Source: a bacterium
Lineage (GTDB): Bacteria > UBA8248 > JACPRG01 > G963555815
Reading direction: 5' to 3'
Assembly: GCA_965218795.1 (NCBI GenBank)
Contig: OZ244653.1
Location: 4,320,001-4,384,000, forward strand
Length of the DNA stretch: 64,000 bases
The notes beneath the pieces were generated by a model. That model saw nothing but the letters and a program-made list of their open reading frames with translations, was not told the DNA's origin and searched no databases. The position numbers and the translations under genes were made by a program. Position 1 is the stretch's first letter, and each line of letters starts with the position of its first letter. Of this stretch, positions 58,842-64,000 are shown in pieces.

Positions 58842-59651
58842 TCACTGTCCAGTGAACGTCGCCATCAACGACGCATCCGAGATTATCTCCACCTGGTCGT
58901 GAGACAGCCGTGCGAAGGCCAGGCACATGGCCACCTCCTCCCAGCTGTCCCAGGTCCCGTGGTCCTCGCCCGTGGCAATCTGGATCACGGTGTACCGCGG
59001 CGGAAGGATCGGAAGGCCCCGGTGCTGGCCCGAGCGCACCCAGGACCGGTGCGCGCACGGCACGCACCGAGCCGCTCCCTGCGAGGGAGTACCACAGTCG
59101 GTGCAACGCCATCTCTCCCGCCTTTGGGCGTAGCGCCTCCGGCTGGCAGCGTTCTTCTTTGAATGGCGTCTAGCCTCAATGGTGGCACAGGGACCGCAGC
59201 GGGAGGCGCCTTCAAAAGAAGGTCTCCCGCACCTGCCGCACATACCCTCGGCCCGCCGGGCGGCGTATTGCACCCGTTCGCTTTCACGTCGGGCGTCACG
59301 GCAAGCCCGGCAGGTCGCGCCGCCCTGGACGGGGGAACGGTGGCCGCAACGCGTGCAAAGACCGGCGTCCCGGTATGCCCTGAGGCGCTTCCTGCTTCTC
59401 TCCCGTCCGATCCTCCGGCGGTCCTTGGGATCCCGGCCTCCGTAGAGCCTGCCTTCGGCCTTGCCCCTGGCGTACCGGGCGCGCTCGGCCTTGCGCCGCT
59501 TCTCGCCACAGGTATGGCACAGGCCGCGGCCGGGAGGAAGGGACTCTCTTCCGCATTTGGGGCACATCCCGCTGGCGAGGCGCTCTCTGGTGAGCCTGCG
59601 GTAGCGTTCCCGATCTTGCTCGCGGGCCTTGTTGGGGTCCTTAAAGGGCAT
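58842..59651 (-). CDS. Arg-rich protein with four tandem CxxCG-x(7-10)-CxxC Zn-finger repeats
   Basis: CPKCG/CHTC, CTRCG/CRAC, CGRCG/CGPC, CTDCG/CVPC; GGAGG RBS. Confidence 0.8.
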   Translation of the reverse strand: MPFKDPNKAREQDRERYRRLTRERLASGMCPKCGRESLPPGRGLCHTCGEKRRKAERARYARGKAEGRLYGGRDPKDRRRIGRERSRKRLRAYRDAGLCTRCGHRSPVQGGATCRACRDARRESERVQYAARRAEGMCGRCGRPSFEGASRCGPCATIEARRHSKKNAASRRRYAQRRERWRCTDCGTPSQGAARCVPCAHRSWVRSGQHRGLPILPPRYTVIQIATGEDHGTWDSWEEVAMCLAFARLSHDQVEIISDASLMATFTGQ

Positions 59652-59738
59652 CTGTGGACGCCTCCCATCGGGGCTGGAATCGGGACAACGGACGCCCGGC
59701 CGGCGACGGGCCGGCGGGACGTCCCTAGAGAATGCCGA

Positions 59739-60056
59739 TCAGCGCTGCAACATGTTCCGCCACACGACAGATTCGCCCCAGTACTGGACCCCGGAGTTCC
59801 GGAGGTTGATTCCGGTTGCAACGATGATCTCGTCGCGCGCGGGCCGCATCTTCCGGACCGCCTGCCGGGACACGGTCGTCTTCGCCGCCTTGGGTCGGTT
59901 CCTGGTCCTCGGCCCCCCGTTGGGCAGAGGTCGGATGTCGCCGTCGGCCATGGACCGGAAGCGCTCGACCACGTAGCGGTCGTCATCGAGGCCTTGGCCG
60001 AACAGGTGGGTGAGGAAGGTGCTTGCGTTGCCGGGATGGGTCTGGACCGTATGCAT
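59739..60056 (-). CDS. Hypothetical protein
   Basis: AAGGAGG RBS; co-oriented with the ICE backbone genes. Confidence 0.55.
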   Translation of the reverse strand: MHTVQTHPGNASTFLTHLFGQGLDDDRYVVERFRSMADGDIRPLPNGGPRTRNRPKAAKTTVSRQAVRKMRPARDEIIVATGINLRNSGVQYWGESVVWRNMLQR

Positions 60057-60305
60057 GACGTTGTCCTCCTTCAGGCCGGTGGTTGAGACAGGCGGCGACG
60101 TCCTCCCCCGGGACATCCATCCGCCGCCCCCCTCACGGCCCGGCTCGGCCTCTCGGTGGCGCAGGAGTCGGGTCTGTGGACATCGGCTCGGAGGAGTGGC
60201 ACGGTGATCTGGGGTCCGACCCAGCGTTTTGGACGGCGTCAGGAAGGTCGGAAAGGCGGCATTCCATGCCGCTCACGGTAGGCATCGATCGAGGAGTAGA
60301 AGCGA

Positions 60306-60944
60306 GTGCTCGAATTTCTGGAACGAATGATTTCGTTATCCGAGATAGTCGAAGGCGTTACGATCGGCATCACGATCTCAATAATCCTGGGGATATGCGC
60401 GTGGATCAAATGGCGTGTGACAAGACGGAAGCAGGTCAATCACCTACGGCATCTGATCTCTCATGGATACGATAGAATCATCGGGGAGACCGGCTTCGAG
60501 CATCGGGAGAAGGTCAGTGCGGCCAACCGAAACGGCTTCACTCAGGCATGGGCCCGCGGTGAGTCGCCTTGGGTGAATCTGGAGGACAGCGAGCTCGAGG
60601 GGACAGTGACCTGGAACGGTGACCTTCTCGGCTTCACGCCGGGCGCCTCAGCCGTCACGGGCGACGCTGAAATCTCTGTTGACCTGTCCAGGCTTAGCGG
60701 TGTTGCCTCGTTCGACCAGCTGGAGTCATGGGCGCCGGGACAGGCGCCAGGCGCTGTTGGAAGCGGCTCGATGTGGGGTGACGGGGACCTAGGCTACACC
60801 ATCGCCGTGCGTGGTAACACGTTTCGGGAGACCGGAGGGGACGATGGAATCCTGACGGGGATCTTTGTCGGCCAGAATCACGAAGGCGCTACGGGTACAC
60901 TGGAGAGGGAGGACTTGACAGCGGCGTTCGGGGCTAAGAGATAA
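60306..60944 (+). CDS. Chimeric ORF: TM-containing N-part fused to a TbpB-like beta-barrel C-part
   Basis: Composition changes abruptly near residue 70; the C-part WNGDLLG...LTGIFVG..HEGATGTL...AAFGAKR ends like TbpB-type barrels. Confidence 0.5.
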   Translation: MLEFLERMISLSEIVEGVTIGITISIILGICAWIKWRVTRRKQVNHLRHLISHGYDRIIGETGFEHREKVSAANRNGFTQAWARGESPWVNLEDSELEGTVTWNGDLLGFTPGASAVTGDAEISVDLSRLSGVASFDQLESWAPGQAPGAVGSGSMWGDGDLGYTIAVRGNTFRETGGDDGILTGIFVGQNHEGATGTLEREDLTAAFGAKR

Positions 60945-61059
60945 TGTTTTGCGAGGGGGCACCCGCAACGTTCCTGCCAAGAAACGTCAATTCAGGGCGG
61001 ATGCCCCCAAGCATCACTCTATGGTGGGTATCAATAGCCCGCATCGGCATCACCTCCTT

Positions 61060-61431
61060 ATCCTCATACCCACACGCGATCGCGAACATGCGGAACCGCA
61101 GCATGGCCGGCAGGGTGTGGACCACCCGCTCCGGGTCGCGCCACTCCCGGATGCAGCCGGCCAGCGCCTCGGCCAGGCCGACCCGGCGCTCCGCCGCGCG
61201 CAGCAGCACCAGCCCGCCGTCCGACGAGATCGACTCGCCCTCGAAATCGGCGGTCACCTTCTTGCGGCTGACGGCTGGAAGATCGAACGGGAGAAGGGTA
61301 TCTTCGGTCATGGCGGGTGTGGCGCTTTCGTTGCTTCGGCAGAAATGCGCTGGGAAACGAATTTCTACCCGATGACAACGACTTACGCCACGTTCGCCAT
61401 CACATCTCCTCGCCCTGAGGAATAAAGCGGG
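61060..61431 (-). pseudogene. IS1380-family transposase 5' remnant with terminal IR
   Basis: KKVTADFEGESISSDGGLVLL...FAIACGYED, then similarity stops; CCCGCTTTATTCC end at 61431. Confidence 0.85.
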
Positions 61432-61823
61432 CTAGGAGACCTCGTCGACCGAGGACCTCGAAGTGTGGACGCACTCGGGTGAATCGTGTAGGGACGAATC
61501 ACACTGAGTATCCGCTGGAACGCGTCGAGACCGAAATCTCGGAGGAAGACCGCCAATGGTGGCGAAAATGGTGGACGAGCCTCCGGTTCGGAGCCAGTCA
61601 CGAGGACTACCCGCAGCACCACTGGTGAAAAAACGGCGACGAACACCGCCGATGTCCGGCGCCGCCGAAGGGGGAGCGGGAGGCGCGAGACGACGCGCGG
61701 ATGCGCTTCCGTTCAGACCCATGAGGCAGCCCCGACCCGGAACGCCCGGGAGTAGGAGAGGATAGATGTGCTTCCGGCACAAAGCGTGACCGACTTGGAA
61801 GGTGACAATCACCGGAGGAAAGA

Positions 61824-62663
61824 ATGAGCATCGCGGAGAGCATCTGGCAATCACTGTTGTCACAGGGAACGGCAATCGCAGTGCTCATTGCTGTTGCTTA
61901 TCTCTTCCGTGACGCCATCCTTCGATTCATAAATGACAAAATCTCTCTGGCATCAAAGAAAGAGCTGCAATCGCGAGAGCATGAGTTCAAGACACAGTTT
62001 GACGAAGTGCGGAGGGACTTCGAAAGAATTCAGTCGACGCAAGAGAAATTCTTGACAGCGTTTCTTGAAGTGTCGTCAGAGCGTGCGAAGGCAGTTTCGA
62101 AGCGGGAGATAGAAGCGGCTGAAGCCATCTGGGCATCGGTCGAGACACTGAATCGACTCCTGCTTTCGGCCACGACCGCAGATATGCTGAAATTTGATGC
62201 CATCGAAAAACTCGGAACTTCAGATCGGGCGAAATTCGGACAACTCGCCGGGATTTTCACGAAAGAGCTTACGCCGGAATTCATGGCGAAGGTCAACTGT
62301 CAAGGGGCAAGGCTTTATGTGAATGACACCGCGTGGGCCTTCTACCACGCGTACTCGATGATAATTCTTTCCGGTGGTCTTCGGATGATGGCCTTGGAGA
62401 CGGGGGTCCCTTCATCCGTTTTTGATGAAACCGCGCTCAAAAAAGCAATACTTGACGCACTGCCCCATCAGAAGCCCACGTTGGAGAAATATCCGAATAT
62501 GATGAATTCTCTTTTCCTGGACGAATTGAGGGAGGCGCTACTGAAGGAGCTCAAAAGGTCGATACGCGGCGAGCAGTCCACAGAAAAGGAGACAGCCATA
62601 GCGCGTGCGATCCTCAGCGAACTGCCGAGCGAAGTGCCCATGCCAAAGACGGGCCAGGCATGA
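61824..62663 (+). CDS. Hypothetical N-terminally anchored helical protein
   Basis: GGAGG RBS; one TM helix, coiled coil, helical domain; lower GC. Confidence 0.75.
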   Translation: MSIAESIWQSLLSQGTAIAVLIAVAYLFRDAILRFINDKISLASKKELQSREHEFKTQFDEVRRDFERIQSTQEKFLTAFLEVSSERAKAVSKREIEAAEAIWASVETLNRLLLSATTADMLKFDAIEKLGTSDRAKFGQLAGIFTKELTPEFMAKVNCQGARLYVNDTAWAFYHAYSMIILSGGLRMMALETGVPSSVFDETALKKAILDALPHQKPTLEKYPNMMNSLFLDELREALLKELKRSIRGEQSTEKETAIARAILSELPSEVPMPKTGQA

Positions 62664-62735
62664 TCCGCACGATTGGAAAGCCGCATGGCGCCGCCCAACG
62701 CGGGGCCCCCTGAACGCATGGAACGAGGACGGCCC

Positions 62736-63071
62736 ATGGCTCACAAACCATCGCTTGCGCGCCGAACCGAGGAACGTCGGCTCAACAAGATCCGGGAGGC
62801 CGTCGCCAGCGTCGTCGGTGAGGAGGACGCGGCCCATCTCTGGGACTACTACCTGATCGAGAGCGGCGACTGCAACGCGGAGGTCCCGACCGCAGAGGAG
62901 GCGCTCGCGGGCAAGCTCGACGAGGAGCGAGCAGCGAGGCTTCGAACCCGGGGGCTCTGGGTGCACGGACCGAAGCACGGGGATGCGATGTGGCTTGAGC
63001 CGACCGAACCCAAGAAACCTGATCGCCACATCCATGATAGAGCTGCGGGCGATTTTCCAGAATTGCGATAA
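62736..63071 (+). CDS. Hypothetical protein
   Basis: GAGGA RBS and protein-like composition only. Confidence 0.45.
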   Translation: MAHKPSLARRTEERRLNKIREAVASVVGEEDAAHLWDYYLIESGDCNAEVPTAEEALAGKLDEERAARLRTRGLWVHGPKHGDAMWLEPTEPKKPDRHIHDRAAGDFPELR

Positions 63072-63480
63072 TGGATCATCCGACAGGAGGCCTCCGGCCT
63101 CCGGCCGCCGAACCCCCAAATCCGCCGCGAGAGCGGCTCAAGGACAATTCCCGCGACCTCACAGACGGTCATTACCTCGAGATAAGAGATCATAAATCCG
63201 CTCCACATTGGACAAGCTCGTCGGCCATGTTCGCTGCGCTTACCTGCCAATCGTTTCAATGGACCCGTACAGCGCTCGAAATCTCCAGGACATCGTGTCC
63301 CATCGGATCGCGTCTCCAGCAACGAAATCATCGCTCAGATCACGATTTGGTCGCCGAATGCCGCCGGAGTCCATCAAGTGATCGAGATTTCTGCTCGCCT
63401 ATCTAGAGGCAACTTGCGGACGGCTTGGTTGACACACATGGGAGATATGCGGTGCTGGCCGTACATGGAGACCACGACGA

Positions 63481-63762
63481 ATGAGCTTGAGAGAAATGGT
63501 GGAGTTCGAAGAAGTCTGGACAAGGATACAGAGCCATGCCGGTGAGGTGTTCGTCCAGATCCGTGGTGGGGAGTTCACCTATATTGCGCACGATGGCTAC
63601 ATTGTGCCTGACCGTACAAACCAGAATTTACCGCGGGCGCATTTTGAAGAAGCGTTCGAACTTGCCCCTCTCCAAGACACCAAGGCGGTGCAGCACCTGA
63701 GAGGTCCCTCCTACGTATACGCGATATTGATGGACCGCAGGATCCGTCGTTCAGATTGGTAG
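63481..63762 (+). CDS. Small hypothetical protein
   Basis: Globular-looking sequence (VWTRIQSHAGEVF..IRGGEFTY...GPSYVYAILMDRRI). Confidence 0.7.
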   Translation: MSLREMVEFEEVWTRIQSHAGEVFVQIRGGEFTYIAHDGYIVPDRTNQNLPRAHFEEAFELAPLQDTKAVQHLRGPSYVYAILMDRRIRRSDW

Positions 63763-63938
63763 CTGGTCCGCTTTCTTGCTGTTTGTCGCGCCGGGGCGAA
63801 ACGGATACCACTGCCGTACCGGTTCGGCTTGGCCGGGAATAGGCGTACATGGCCGAGGGGTAACCTGAGGATGGAAGCCAGCGAGCGCTCAGGGTGCGAC
63901 CGGTACCTCCGGACCGGCATGTGGGGGTGATTTCGACG

Positions 63939-64000
63939 ATGAAGGTGTCCATCGTCGTGGCGGTGATCACGTTGGTGGGGGTCGCTCTTACGGCCTTCGT
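63939..64000 (+). CDS. Possible start of a membrane or secreted protein (runs off window)
   Basis: MKVSIVVAVITLVGVALTAF, a hydrophobic N-terminus. Confidence 0.35.
   Translation, partial: MKVSIVVAVITLVGVALTAF

Noticed and set aside
1-64000. CRISPR array, rRNA or tRNA genes
   Set aside because: No regularly spaced direct repeats with unique spacers and no tRNA or rRNA signatures were found by eye. The palindromic repeats are inverted and irregularly spaced.

Overview
GC-rich Gram-negative bacterial chromosome segment. Housekeeping blocks are uvrC(partial)-uvrB-HNH; PBP1A; thiolase; kdsD-kdsC-methylmalonyl-CoA mutase large subunit; citrate synthase; a NitT/TauT ABC importer flanked by two hydrolases; MFS-kdsA; the cca-M50-trpS-ileS-lspA operon; and nfeD-stomatin. 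They alternate with four accessory regions. (1) About 24.0-32.8 kb: two HEPN-like ORFs, an intact-looking IS630, vapBC, and an acidic protein plus a RapA-like SNF2 ATPase, cut off by an IS1595 remnant. (2) About 40.7-44.3 kb: MerR-like HTH plus an internally deleted vWA gene, and orphans. (3) About 46.6-49.4 kb: a frameshifted DGQHR gene plus GIY-YIG nuclease, an integrase remnant, decayed higBA and palindromic repeats. (4) About 50.9-64 kb: PD-(D/E)XK nuclease, IS3, a decayed ICE/plasmid backbone (DUF2493, DUF4326, toprim, ssb), a UDG-fold ORF, a four-repeat Zn-finger protein and an IS1380 remnant. Many accessory genes are broken by internal deletions. Best candidates for undescribed systems: the acidic protein + SNF2 pair, the DGQHR + GIY-YIG pair, the UDG-fold ORF and the Zn-finger repeat protein. 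A 38-bp non-coding repeat sits at the left edge of two islands. No rRNA, tRNA or CRISPR array was seen. All family calls come from reading motifs by eye, not from database searches.
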